A DNA stretch of 64,000 nt, from contig CAAFRB010000098.1 in the NCBI GenBank assembly GCA_900765095.1, positions 7,887 through 71,886 of the forward strand. Reading direction: 5' to 3'. The position numbers and the translations under genes were made by a program. Of the stretch, positions 10,608 through 20,170 are shown in pieces; position 1 is the stretch's first letter; each line of letters opens with the position of its first letter. Below the pieces are notes generated by a model. The model saw only the letters and a program-made list of their open reading frames with translations. It ran no database searches and was not told the DNA's origin. The DNA comes from Clostridia bacterium. GTDB lineage: Bacteria; Bacillota; Clostridia; TANB77; UBA1234.

Positions 10608-11060
10608 ATGGATGAACTTAATGATGTATACAATGATTTAATAATGGAACACAGCATGATTTCCTACAACAAGCACGAGCTTGAAGGCGCTACTTGTTGT
10701 ATGATGGGACATAATCCAAATTGTGGCGATGAAATAAAATTAGAAATTAAGATAAACGGTGACACAATTCAAGATTTATCTTTTACAGGACATGGGTGTG
10801 CAATTTCTCAAGCTTCTACATCTATAATGATTGACACGTTGCGAGGAAAGAAAATATCTGAAGCTAAGGACATAGTTAAAACATTTATTGAAATGATAAA
10901 GCGAGAAATAACAGACGAAAATGAGTTAAAAAAATTAGAGGACGCAATTGCTTTTAAAAATATATCTAACATGCCTGCAAGAGTCAAATGTGCGCTTTTA
11001 GCTTGGCATACGATTGAGGAAATGCTTCCCGGAAATGAGGAAAACACTGATGGAAAATAA
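10608..11060 (+). CDS. sufU: SufU/IscU-like zinc-dependent sulfur transfer protein
   Basis: CGDEIKL...TGHGCAISQAS motifs of NifU-like SufU. Confidence 0.85.
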   Translation: MDELNDVYNDLIMEHSMISYNKHELEGATCCMMGHNPNCGDEIKLEIKINGDTIQDLSFTGHGCAISQASTSIMIDTLRGKKISEAKDIVKTFIEMIKREITDENELKKLEDAIAFKNISNMPARVKCALLAWHTIEEMLPGNEENTDGK

Positions 11061-12102
11061 AAGAGTAATGATCGGAATGAGTGGAGGAGTTGATAGTTCT
11101 GTTGCGGCATTCTTACTAAAAAATGAAGGTTATGAAGTGATTGGAGCAACTTTGGAGTTATTTGCTGGAAGTAGCTGTTGCAATATTGATACATACATAG
11201 ATGCAAAAAACGTATGCAATCAACTTGGTATACCTCATTTTACTTTTAATTACAAAGACGAATTTAGAAAGCATGTAATTAATGATTTTATATCTTGCTA
11301 CGCAAATTGCAAAACTCCTAATCCTTGTATAGAATGTAACAAGTACATGAAGTTTGGCTTTATGTACGAGAAAGCAAAAGAATTAGGTTGCAATTATATT
11401 GCAACAGGTCATTATGCAAAAACTGAATATAGTGAAAAATATGGCAGATGGGTATTGAAAAAATCTAAATCGTTAAAAAAAGACCAGAGTTATGTTTTGT
11501 GGAATATACCAAAAGAATTGATTGAACATGTATTATTTCCGTTAGCTGATTACGAAGAAAAAGAAGAAATAAGAAAGATTGCTCGTGACAATAATTTAAA
11601 GGTGGCCAATAAACCAGATAGTGAAGATATTTGTTTTGTTCCTGATGGTAATTATAAAAAGTTTTTAGAAAACAACTCTGATATAAAACCAAAAGAAGGT
11701 AACATCGTAGATACAAAAGGAAAAATACTTGGAAAGCATACAGGGCTATATAATTACACAATTGGACAAAGAAAAGGACTTGGAATTTCAAATCCGGTTC
11801 CACTTTTTGTAGTTGGATTTAACAGTGGAAAAGATGAAGTTATAGTTGGAGAAGAAAAAGAATTATACAAGAGTGAAATTGAAGTTGATGAGATTAACTT
11901 GATTTTGGTTGATGAAATTAAAGACTGGATGGATGTTGAGGTTAAGACGAGATATTCATCAAAAGTTGCGAAAGCAAAAATAAAACAAGAAGATAATAAA
12001 ATAAAGGTTAAGTTTGAAGAACCACAAAGGGCGGTAACCCCAGGACAATCGGCAGTGTTTTACGTTGACGATATAGTGCTTGGTGGAGGAAAAATAATAT
12101 AA
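11050..12102 (+). CDS. mnmA: tRNA-specific 2-thiouridylase MnmA
   Basis: PP-loop IGMSGGVDSSVAAFLL; start ATG 11050 with GAGGA RBS, overlapping sufU stop by 11 nt. Confidence 0.9.
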   Translation: MENKRVMIGMSGGVDSSVAAFLLKNEGYEVIGATLELFAGSSCCNIDTYIDAKNVCNQLGIPHFTFNYKDEFRKHVINDFISCYANCKTPNPCIECNKYMKFGFMYEKAKELGCNYIATGHYAKTEYSEKYGRWVLKKSKSLKKDQSYVLWNIPKELIEHVLFPLADYEEKEEIRKIARDNNLKVANKPDSEDICFVPDGNYKKFLENNSDIKPKEGNIVDTKGKILGKHTGLYNYTIGQRKGLGISNPVPLFVVGFNSGKDEVIVGEEKELYKSEIEVDEINLILVDEIKDWMDVEVKTRYSSKVAKAKIKQEDNKIKVKFEEPQRAVTPGQSAVFYVDDIVLGGGKII

Positions 12103-12204
12103 ATTTTTTAAAAAGTGATGGCTATGAAATATGTGATTTCAATCGCTTGAAAGAATTTTCTGGAATTTTGTAAAAAAATTTCCAGGAGATTTTTGGAAAA
12201 AAGG

Positions 12205-12233
12205 TTGACAAAACTTAAATCACATTATAAAAT
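12205..12233 (+). promoter_or_regulatory. Sigma-A-like promoter of first island gene (TTGACA, ~16-17 nt, TATAAA/TAAAAT)
   Basis: TTGACA 12205-12210; AT-rich -10 region 12226-12233; followed by ~130-nt leader with 7-bp complementary segments ttgcatc/gatgcaa. Confidence 0.45.
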
Positions 12234-12363
12234 ACGACTTGCTGAAAGGATATTGCATCTATCCAATCAAATAATTTTGATAGGGGTGAGTTTTAATTTT
12301 CCAAGTTGATGCAAGTCGGTAGTAACTAAGAACGACGTACTAGAAGTGCAGGGAGGAAATGTT

Positions 12364-13125
12364 ATGAAGAAGTTTTTTGCTGTTGTTTTGGCGATGGTGA
12401 TGGCTCTGGCTGTTTGCTCGTATGCATTTGCGGACGGGTCTTCCGGTGACCAGGTTCACAACGGCGACCTGCCGTATACTTCCGAACAGGATGTCAAGAT
12501 TACCATTACCGGACTTCACAATGGTGGCGATGATGACGGGGCTCGGTTGCCTTCTGAATATCATGTCCGTGTGAAGTGGAACATCGTCAATGGCGTCTAC
12601 AACGCGACCGCTACTGATGGTGGCGATACTGGTTTCCAGAACTTCACCTGGGATTGCGTGAAACTGGAGTACAAGGTGAACAGTGTTATCGGCACGACTG
12701 GTGCTGATGTGCGTGAAGGCAACTGGGCTACTAAGCCTGCTGTGGCGTTTGAAGTCACCAATGCATCGACTCCAGATCTCGAGATTTATGTGACCGCCAC
12801 GCTTAAAGGAACCAACGCATGGGCGAGCCTGCTTAAGGCTGCTACTCTGGAAACCCAGAATGCTGGCATTATCAATCGAGTGGTCAATCCTGTTGAAATT
12901 CCTAACATGGGTACCGGTGTCGATTCCTATGACAAAGGTCATGTCAACTCGCAGAATGTTTTCGCTTATACCTATGTGCTCAACTGGGATTACGATGCTC
13001 TGAACGCGTCTGCACTGGCGGCGTATAAGGCGGGCACTGGTTCGCAGGAGCTCACGAACACTTTCGTTGTTACCGTTTCTGCTGGTACGGCATCTACTCC
13101 TGAACAGACGCCTACCATTGACTGA
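12364..13125 (+). CDS. Secreted protein (signal peptide) homologous to the C-terminal domain of the 1380-aa protein; GC-rich foreign island gene 1
   Basis: RBS gggagg then ATG 12364; MKKFFAVVLAMVMALAVCSYAFA signal peptide; motifs WDCVKLEY and LNWDYDALNA shared with WNCVKLQY / LKWDYDKLNA at 18.2-18.5 kb; GC ~50%. Confidence 0.7.
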   Translation: MKKFFAVVLAMVMALAVCSYAFADGSSGDQVHNGDLPYTSEQDVKITITGLHNGGDDDGARLPSEYHVRVKWNIVNGVYNATATDGGDTGFQNFTWDCVKLEYKVNSVIGTTGADVREGNWATKPAVAFEVTNASTPDLEIYVTATLKGTNAWASLLKAATLETQNAGIINRVVNPVEIPNMGTGVDSYDKGHVNSQNVFAYTYVLNWDYDALNASALAAYKAGTGSQELTNTFVVTVSAGTASTPEQTPTID

Positions 13126-13209
13126 TGGAAAATGTATGAATAAAAATAGCTGAGGTGCAGTAGTTACGGTTTTAGCGTAGCTGGAGAACTGTAATACTAG
13201 CTTTGGCGT

Positions 13210-13241
13210 GGGGTATCGATAAAAAATCGATACCCTTTTTG
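13210..13241 (+). terminator. Rho-independent terminator
   Basis: perfect hairpin GGGTATCGAT-aaaaaa-ATCGATACCC followed by TTTTT. Confidence 0.7.
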
Positions 13242-13297
13242 CTAATTTTTAAAAGTAGTTTCGATCAAGGTCTTTTTTACATAATTTGTAAAGAAGG

Positions 13298-13326
13298 TTG
13301 ACATATTGGCACAAACAATGTATAAT
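13298..13326 (+). promoter_or_regulatory. Perfect consensus sigma-A promoter (TTGACA-17-TATAAT)
   Basis: TTGACA 13298-13303, 17-nt spacer, TATAAT 13321-13326; ~130-nt leader to ATG 13459. Confidence 0.55.
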
Positions 13327-13458
13327 TCTTCTGCAATTGAATAATTTACATAATAATCGAAAGGAGAGTTTCTTTTGACTGAGAAAGGTGGTTGAAGATT
13401 GGCTCTAACATGGTTTCAATGGCAACATAACTTTAACGACTAGAAGGAGGAAAAGACC

Positions 13459-14379
13459 ATGAAAAGTAAGCTATGGATTGTTGCTCTTTTTCTTGCTCTG
13501 ATGATGCTCGGTTCTATTGCATTCGCAGTGGAAGTGCTTCCTATCAACGGAAGTCATGAAGCCAAGGAAGTACCGGAAGAGCCGATTGTCACGCTTGATT
13601 TTAGGGCAGTGCAAATCGGGGTTCGTGATAACCTGGTGGAAAATGATGAACTGGAAGATCACGGAACGGTCTGGGTTGAATGGAATGGTAAAGCGTATGC
13701 TTTGTACGGTTGTACGACAGCAGAGATTAACTATACCAATCCTACTAGATCCAATATCGGCGTAACGTTGTCGATGGCAATTTTTGATGCAGATTTGATG
13801 ACTTACTTTGGGACGACTTACAGGAGTGAGAGTGAGCAAGTTGAACTTGCAAAATCGGGTTTGGCTGCACTTAGAAATGGCATTAAGCTTTCTTATGCTT
13901 CTAAGCTGTTGGAAATCACAAACTACTTTGACGGTATGACTGATGAAGAAGTGAGTAATCTCACTGGTGATGAGCTTGTAAGCTTGCTTGCTAGCAAAGG
14001 ATTCCTTTGTCTGAGCGAAGAAGAGCTTCGCAAGCTTGAGGAAGATGATTTGATTCAGCTTACTGAGAAGCAACGCTTGGAACTTGCTGAACTAGGTGAT
14101 TACAATCCTAACGAGTACTATCGACTGATTGGCGAGGATGGACTGATTAATCCTGGATATGCGATTTATGAGATTGATCTCTATACGCTTCCTGGAAGAA
14201 AGGTGCTTCCTAAGGGTGAGTACAAGGCGGTTTTCGTTTTGAATGGGTATGCTGCGGATAAAAATGAGATGTCTGATTTCTTTATCCACCTTCCCATCGA
14301 ATTGATCATTCAGAAAGATTTGCCTGAAGACTTGCAAAAAGAATACTCTGTGAGCCTGGCGGTTCGTGTCGACCAGTGA
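13459..14379 (+). CDS. Secreted hypothetical protein, island gene 2
   Basis: RBS ggaggaaaag; signal peptide MKSKLWIVALFLALMMLGSIAFA; GC ~45%; no family recognised. Confidence 0.7.
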   Translation: MKSKLWIVALFLALMMLGSIAFAVEVLPINGSHEAKEVPEEPIVTLDFRAVQIGVRDNLVENDELEDHGTVWVEWNGKAYALYGCTTAEINYTNPTRSNIGVTLSMAIFDADLMTYFGTTYRSESEQVELAKSGLAALRNGIKLSYASKLLEITNYFDGMTDEEVSNLTGDELVSLLASKGFLCLSEEELRKLEEDDLIQLTEKQRLELAELGDYNPNEYYRLIGEDGLINPGYAIYEIDLYTLPGRKVLPKGEYKAVFVLNGYAADKNEMSDFFIHLPIELIIQKDLPEDLQKEYSVSLAVRVDQ

Positions 14380-14400
14380 TGATTAAAGGAGGGTAAGCCT

Positions 14401-17400
14401 GTGAAAAGGAACTCTTTCTTGTACAGAGGGTTCATCTTGTTGCTTGCCGTATGCGTCTTGATGGCTTTGATTCCTGAAAAGATGTACGCGGAGGAGTATA
14501 ACGGTCTTGCTACGATGACGGATTTACCTCCGGAAGATGTCGTAGTCAATGTTGTCGAAAACGAAAAGAACGACGATGACAATGCGTTTATTTCCAACGC
14601 AACGCCTGAAGTTACGGCAGCGCCTACTGCAGAAGCGACGCCTGAAGTTACGGTAGCACCTGCTATTGAGACTCCTACTGCGGAGGCAACGACTGAAGCG
14701 ACGGTAACGCCTGCTGCTGAAATGCCTACTGCAGAAGCGTCGGAAGTATTTGCTACCGAAGCACCTACTGTGGAGGCACCTGCAACTGCAACGCCCGAAG
14801 TTACTGCTGAACCTAGTGAAGAAGTAACAGTTGAATCTACGCTGACACCGGACATTGAACCTGTGACTGGGCCTGACAATTCCGATAATGAGGAGCAAGA
14901 AATCTACGATCAGATGCTAATGCTGGGAGCGTACAACGTTGCAACTAATGACGCAGGTCAGACGGTGTACGCTGTGGTATGCGATGGCAGCTTGCTTGGT
15001 AAGTACACGCCCGGTGAAATCGTGAAGCTGACTGTTCCTACCAAGGACGGTTATGATTTTATCGGCTGGAAGGTTGTGTGCTCTGAGCAGGTAAACATTA
15101 CTGGTAACCAGTTTGTAATGCCTAGTGCACCTGTCGGTATTGTTTCCCATTGGAAGGCGCAAACGAATCAGGTTGCGATTTACTACCTCACGACTAGCGG
15201 AACTAGCTTGTATGAAAGCAAGTTCGCGGATGTGAAGGCAGGTTCTTCTTTTACTCTGGATTCCAGTTATTCTCTTCCTAGCATTGATGGCTACATGGTG
15301 ACCAGTATTAAGCATAATGGCAGCACCTACACGAACATTTCTGATTACCGGAACATTATCCGTGTTGATAGTGTTTTGAAAGACGAAGTGTTTGAAGTGG
15401 TGTATGAGCCTATTGATACCTCTTACACTGTGAAGCATTACAAGCAGGATTTGAGTGGCAATTATCCAGAAAATCTGATGGAATCTGAAACGTTTGATGG
15501 TAAGTACGGACGGGTTATTAACATCAAGAATCACGTAAAGAACAACTACGTCGGTTTTAACTGGAGAGGTTTCGTTGATGACGAAGCAACGTATATTACG
15601 TTGTCTAGTAGTAACAACGAAATCAAGATTTACTACTCTCGTGCACAGTACAGACTTTTCTATGTTGATGGTACTTCTACTTCGTGGTATGACGTGAAGT
15701 ATGAGGAAACTGTTAATATCAGTGAGAAGTTTGGTACGCCTCCGCATCGTGTTGATGCCACGTTCGTCGAATGGACTACGAGTGATACGACCATTCAGAT
15801 TGAAAATGGTGCTTTCACGATGCCTACACATGACGTGGTTTTCAATTCCAAATGGGCTCCTAATGCTACTGCCGAGTATCACATCTACTATTATATCGAA
15901 ACTACTTCGTCTGCAAACAGTTGGACGGCAAGTAATCACAAAAACAAAAACGCTGATCTCAATCCTGTGAATGATTCGGATTTCCAGTTTCATGGAAGTG
16001 TGAAGCTTGTCGGTAATACCAATGCAGTTGTTGGTAACGATGTGGTTATCCAAAATGTTAGTGGTGTGGTTGATACTGCTCACTTCACGTATTCCAGAAT
16101 GGATGAGAATGTAACAATTAATCCTGATGGAACTACGGTTGTGAAGGCGTATTACAGAAGAAATGTTTACTACTACGAGTTCAGGTATCAGAATAACAGA
16201 AACAAGCTTTATACTTGGGATGGTCATAATGAAGGTAGACTCTATTACAAGTATGAAGCTGACCTGACTGATGCCGAGATTCCCAATTGTTGGCCGTACG
16301 ACGATGCTGGTGGTGCGATTCAGTGGGTTCAGGACAATAATGGTGCTGCTGGTGCTGCGATTTCTGCACCTACCAGTGCTAATCTTGGCTACAATTACAC
16401 TATTTACCACAATGGCAATGCGACTAACAAGATGGGTTTGAACTACCTAAAGCAAAACATTTTTGGTCAGTATGCTAGCGATTCTGAACGTGGACTTCTG
16501 GTACAGTTCTTTTACGGTTACGACCAAAAGCTGAGCGTTACGCTTCGTGCTTATCGTTGCCCGGAGGGATTTTCGTTTGACTATTACGTGACTGATGCGG
16601 GAAAGAGTGCTTCTATTCCGCCTGTTAGTCAGTGGCCCAGCAATAATGGTACACTTGGTTTCTTGATTGAGGACAGCAGATGCAATTGGGCAACTATTTA
16701 CTTCAAGAGGAATACGTATGTCATCTCATTCAGTAACGGTGCAAGAGTGGTCAGTATGAGTCCTGCGGTGTATTACCAGGCGAACCTTCCTAGTGAAGCT
16801 AATGTGCCTACTATTGAAGGATTGGAAATTCCTGATGCATTTAAGACAGGTCACGAATTTGCTGGCTTTGAAGATTCTAACACCAGTGCACTGTACGAAG
16901 GTAGCACTCCTGCAGAAGCCTACGAGAAGTTCATTCAAGTTAATCCTACGATGCCTGCTCGTGACATTCTTCTTACTGCCGAGTGGAAGCTAAAGACTTA
17001 CAAGGTGAACTTCTACTACGACGCTACTAAGGTTGGAACGAGTGAAGCGCTCATGTCTGAACAGATTGTCGAGTATGGCAGGCTGATTGCCAATTCTCCT
17101 GATGCACCTACCAAAATGAACTATGTTTTCGCTGGTTGGTACTACAGAGATGCTGCTGGAAATGAAAAGCCATGGATTTCTGATGCCACCAGAGTTACCG
17201 ACAACATGGATATCTACGCCAAGTGGACTGCCAGTGAACAGATTATCGTGGATATCACTGTTATTCATAATTACTATGAAAGCGGTGTAATTGCTGATGT
17301 CGTCACTGATACGAAGCAGGGTGTAGTAGGCTCTACTGTTACCATTGAAGCATTGAATAGGGCTGGTTACTTCCCTGATTTTGCAATGCAGAACTACGAA

Positions 17401-18543
17401 GTGAAAGAAATGGACAACACGGTTGTGTTTAACTATTACCCTGTCGAGGAAGTTGAATACACTGTGTACTATGTGGATGCTAACGGAAACAATCTTATTC
17501 CTCCTGTGGTTAAGCCCACCAAGAATCTGATTGTCACCGAAAACTACGTCTACATTCCGTTCTGCACTCCGCGAGTACTTGCACAAGAACTTCGTTTGAC
17601 TTCTGATGCTGAGAAGAATGTCATCACTTTCGTGTATGATGTTATTGGCACCACGAGCTACACGATTAAGTACTGGCAGGAACAACTGGATGGTAGCTAC
17701 CTCGAAGTTGAAGCCGATAGGCTTGAAATTAAAAACGTTAGTTACTACACGGAAGTGTCTGTGACTAATGAACAGATGAAGGACTATCCTGGGTTCACCT
17801 TCAATGGTGGAATTAGTAACACTAGTGCTTGGATTGTTCCGAACGAAGACGTTGTCTTGAACCTTTACTATGACCGTCTTGAGTATACCGTGAGCTACGT
17901 GTATAGCTCCACGATTGCAGGAGTTACTATGCCTACTTTGCCGGCTACCCAGACGTACAAGTTTGGTGCACCTGTGCAGGTTGCTAGTAACAACATTGTG
18001 ATTGCGGAAGCTCCGCAGTACGAATTCAAGGGTTGGTATCGACAGGGTGATGCAACCGAGGTTGAAATCACCAATTTCGACATGCCGAATCATAACATCG
18101 TGCTGTACGGTTACTTCGTAGTTTCCGATTACTACATTACGGTTGACTGGACTAAGGAAGATGGTTCGTATCATGGTGGAACTTACTCTTGGAATTGTGT
18201 GAAGCTCCAGTACGAACATGACACGACCTTGGCTGGTTGGAGTACTGTGCCTTACGTGAAGTGCGTGATTAAGAACTATGGTTCCAAGGCCGTTAATCTT
18301 GACTTTAGTGCGAAAACGGATAAATGGGCAAAGTACTTTGAAGCTGGTTCTAATCCGTTTGAGAACATTCCTACCGTTCGACTTGAACCGGGGGCAGAGT
18401 ATGTCTTTGAGTTCAGAAGCGACGTGGAACTCAAGTGGGATTATGATAAGCTAAATGCCGAGGCTACTAATGTTGCTATTGGTGCTACTGCACCGACAGA
18501 GGAAACCAACAAGTTTGAACTGAAAATTACCAAGGTTAATTAA
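14401..18543 (+). CDS. Giant secreted surface protein (1380 aa) with T/A/E/P-rich linker and multiple Listeria-Bacteroides (Flg_new-type) repeat and Ig-like domains; island gene 3
   Basis: GTG start after RBS aaggaggg; signal peptide; repeated GW...AKW-type segments (YEFKGWYRQGDATEVEITNFDMPNHNIVLYGYF; YVFAGWYYRDAAGNEKPWISDATRVTDNMDIYAKWT; YDFIGWKVV...SHWKA); no LPXTG; C-terminal ~150 aa homologous to the 12364-13125 product. Confidence 0.8.
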   Translation: MKRNSFLYRGFILLLAVCVLMALIPEKMYAEEYNGLATMTDLPPEDVVVNVVENEKNDDDNAFISNATPEVTAAPTAEATPEVTVAPAIETPTAEATTEATVTPAAEMPTAEASEVFATEAPTVEAPATATPEVTAEPSEEVTVESTLTPDIEPVTGPDNSDNEEQEIYDQMLMLGAYNVATNDAGQTVYAVVCDGSLLGKYTPGEIVKLTVPTKDGYDFIGWKVVCSEQVNITGNQFVMPSAPVGIVSHWKAQTNQVAIYYLTTSGTSLYESKFADVKAGSSFTLDSSYSLPSIDGYMVTSIKHNGSTYTNISDYRNIIRVDSVLKDEVFEVVYEPIDTSYTVKHYKQDLSGNYPENLMESETFDGKYGRVINIKNHVKNNYVGFNWRGFVDDEATYITLSSSNNEIKIYYSRAQYRLFYVDGTSTSWYDVKYEETVNISEKFGTPPHRVDATFVEWTTSDTTIQIENGAFTMPTHDVVFNSKWAPNATAEYHIYYYIETTSSANSWTASNHKNKNADLNPVNDSDFQFHGSVKLVGNTNAVVGNDVVIQNVSGVVDTAHFTYSRMDENVTINPDGTTVVKAYYRRNVYYYEFRYQNNRNKLYTWDGHNEGRLYYKYEADLTDAEIPNCWPYDDAGGAIQWVQDNNGAAGAAISAPTSANLGYNYTIYHNGNATNKMGLNYLKQNIFGQYASDSERGLLVQFFYGYDQKLSVTLRAYRCPEGFSFDYYVTDAGKSASIPPVSQWPSNNGTLGFLIEDSRCNWATIYFKRNTYVISFSNGARVVSMSPAVYYQANLPSEANVPTIEGLEIPDAFKTGHEFAGFEDSNTSALYEGSTPAEAYEKFIQVNPTMPARDILLTAEWKLKTYKVNFYYDATKVGTSEALMSEQIVEYGRLIANSPDAPTKMNYVFAGWYYRDAAGNEKPWISDATRVTDNMDIYAKWTASEQIIVDITVIHNYYESGVIADVVTDTKQGVVGSTVTIEALNRAGYFPDFAMQNYEVKEMDNTVVFNYYPVEEVEYTVYYVDANGNNLIPPVVKPTKNLIVTENYVYIPFCTPRVLAQELRLTSDAEKNVITFVYDVIGTTSYTIKYWQEQLDGSYLEVEADRLEIKNVSYYTEVSVTNEQMKDYPGFTFNGGISNTSAWIVPNEDVVLNLYYDRLEYTVSYVYSSTIAGVTMPTLPATQTYKFGAPVQVASNNIVIAEAPQYEFKGWYRQGDATEVEITNFDMPNHNIVLYGYFVVSDYYITVDWTKEDGSYHGGTYSWNCVKLQYEHDTTLAGWSTVPYVKCVIKNYGSKAVNLDFSAKTDKWAKYFEAGSNPFENIPTVRLEPGAEYVFEFRSDVELKWDYDKLNAEATNVAIGATAPTEETNKFELKITKVN
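14596..14850 (+). repeat. In-frame tandem low-complexity repeat (36-nt period, ATPEVT(A/V)APxxE) encoding a T/A/E/P linker
   Basis: acgcctgaagttacgg recurs at 36-nt spacing; protein ATPEVTAAPTAEATPEVTVAPAIETPTAEATTEATVTPAAEMPTAEA. Confidence 0.5.
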
Positions 18544-18548
18544 AAACA

Positions 18549-18578
18549 CGGGCTGCCCTTACTAGGGCAGCCTTTTTA
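18549..18578 (+). terminator. Rho-independent terminator of the island
   Basis: GGGCTGCCC-ttacta-GGGCAGCC then TTTTTA. Confidence 0.7.
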
Positions 18579-18730
18579 TACAATAGGAAAGTAACAGATT
18601 TGCAACCTTTTATGTAATTATATTCTTTCCTATTGTATAAAAAACTTTAATTTATGCGAGAGATTTTCTCTTTTCAGTCGAAAACTCTCGAGGGTCGAAA
18701 GAATGAAAATCGAAGATTTTCATCTTTCTT
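18573..18730 (+). repeat. Intergenic structured repeat element, copy B (full length, modules 1+2)
   Basis: TTTTATACAATAGGAAAG-35 nt-CTTTCCTATTGTATAAAA, then ttatgcgagagattttctcttttcagtcgaaaactctcgagggtcgaaagaatgaaaatcgaagattttcatctttc; ~93% identical to reverse-complement of 35862-36016. Confidence 0.7.
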
Positions 18731-18915
18731 GATGTGGAGAAGTGTGAAAGTTACATGTTTTTTTGAAAAATAGTATATTTATTTGTTGTGTTGCACTATA
18801 ATAATTAGAGTAGTGAGAGGGGAGGAAATCTTTGATTACCTGTCTTTCAATCATCGAGTGTTTTCATCTAACGGCAAGAAAATCTCGAATTTATAAAAAA
18901 CTAAGGAGGAAAATT

Positions 18916-20067
18916 ATGGTTACAAGATTCATTTTAAACGAAACATCTTATTTTGGAAAAGGTTCAAGAAGTGTTTTACCAGAAGAAATAAATAAAAGGG
19001 GATTTAAAAAAGTATTATTGGTAAGTGACAAGTCATTAGTTGAAGCTGGTGTTACTAAAAACGTTATGGACGTGCTAGATTCTGCAGATATAAAGTATAC
19101 ATTGTATGATGAAGTGAAGCCAAATCCAACAATCAAAAATGTTATGGATGGTGTGAAAGCATGTAAAAAATGCAAAGCGGATGTAATTGTAGCAGTTGGT
19201 GGTGGCTCTAGCATCGACACTGCAAAAGGAATCTCTATTGTGATGACAAATCCAGATAGAACTTTACAATCTTTGAATGGACTTTCAACTACAGTAAATA
19301 AAGGAATGCCTGTAATAGCAATGCCTACAACGCATGGAACTGCAGCAGAGGTAACGATAAATTACGTAATCACAGATGAAGAAAAAGAAATTAAAATGGT
19401 ATGTGTTGATCCAAATGACATTCCAATACTTGCAATTATCGATGCTGATTTGATGGCAACTATGCCAAAATCAATTGCGGCTGCTACAGGTATGGACGCT
19501 TTGACTCACGCTATTGAAGGATATATAACTAAAGCCCATAACACAATGTCGGATATGTTTCATCTTAGAGCAATCCAATTGATTTTTAAGTATTTACCAG
19601 CCGCTGTTAATGAGAAAAATGAAGAAGCAATTGAAATGATGGGACTTGCTCAATACATTGCCGGAATGGGATTCTCAAATGTTGGCTTAGGAATTGTTCA
19701 CTCGATGGCGCACCAATTAGGAGCTGTTTATGATACACCTCATGGACTTGCAAACGCTATATTATTGCCAACTGTAATGAGATTTAATGGTGAAGTGTGT
19801 GCGGATAGATTTAGAGAAATTTTGATAAATATTGGAAGACCAGATGCCGCAAATCTAAACGATCAGGATGTTATTAATACATTTGTTTGGATGATTTCTG
19901 AATTATCAAAGAGTGTGGGAATAACTCAGACTGTGAAAGATACAGGTTGCAAAGAGGAAGACTTGGGATTGCTTGCTGACAAGGCAATGCAAGATCCATG
20001 TAAACCAGGAAATCCAAGAGAAGTTTCTAAAGAAGATTTTATAAACTTATATCGTGCTGCAATGTAG
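18916..20067 (+). CDS. Iron-containing alcohol dehydrogenase (lactaldehyde/1,3-propanediol dehydrogenase family)
   Basis: Fe-ADH motifs (GGGSSIDTAKG; HGLANAILLP; HSMAHQLG); start ATG 18916 after aaggagg. Confidence 0.85.
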   Translation: MVTRFILNETSYFGKGSRSVLPEEINKRGFKKVLLVSDKSLVEAGVTKNVMDVLDSADIKYTLYDEVKPNPTIKNVMDGVKACKKCKADVIVAVGGGSSIDTAKGISIVMTNPDRTLQSLNGLSTTVNKGMPVIAMPTTHGTAAEVTINYVITDEEKEIKMVCVDPNDIPILAIIDADLMATMPKSIAAATGMDALTHAIEGYITKAHNTMSDMFHLRAIQLIFKYLPAAVNEKNEEAIEMMGLAQYIAGMGFSNVGLGIVHSMAHQLGAVYDTPHGLANAILLPTVMRFNGEVCADRFREILINIGRPDAANLNDQDVINTFVWMISELSKSVGITQTVKDTGCKEEDLGLLADKAMQDPCKPGNPREVSKEDFINLYRAAM

Positions 20068-20134
20068 TTAAGAAGAATTAAAAAATGATACATTGGCAAG
20101 AAAGATTGAAAGAAGATCTCTTGCATAAAAATTA

Positions 20135-20170
20135 TCCCTCGGTGGTGGTGCCGGGGGATTTTTTTCCTTA
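20135..20170 (+). terminator. GC-rich hairpin terminator after adh
   Basis: ccctcgg-tggtggtg-ccggggg followed by atttttttcc. Confidence 0.5.

Noticed and set aside
14596-14850. Possible CRISPR-like periodic repeat
   Set aside because: The 36-nt periodicity is in-frame within a CDS and encodes a T/A/E/P linker. There are no spacer-repeat architecture and no cas genes.
14917-16410. 497-aa minus-strand ORF, and similar ORFs at 16990-18219, 14310-14879, 13471-14073 and 12340-12942
   Set aside because: Codon-phased mirror ORFs of GC-rich sense genes. Their products are low-complexity R/S/I/V-rich nonsense, whereas the sense strand has signal peptides and recognisable repeat domains.
780-18730. 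Interpretation of the repeat elements as integron attC sites
   Set aside because: No intI and no GTTRRRY / RYYYAAC core sites. Copies occur in both orientations and inside a housekeeping operon, so MITE/REP-like is more parsimonious.
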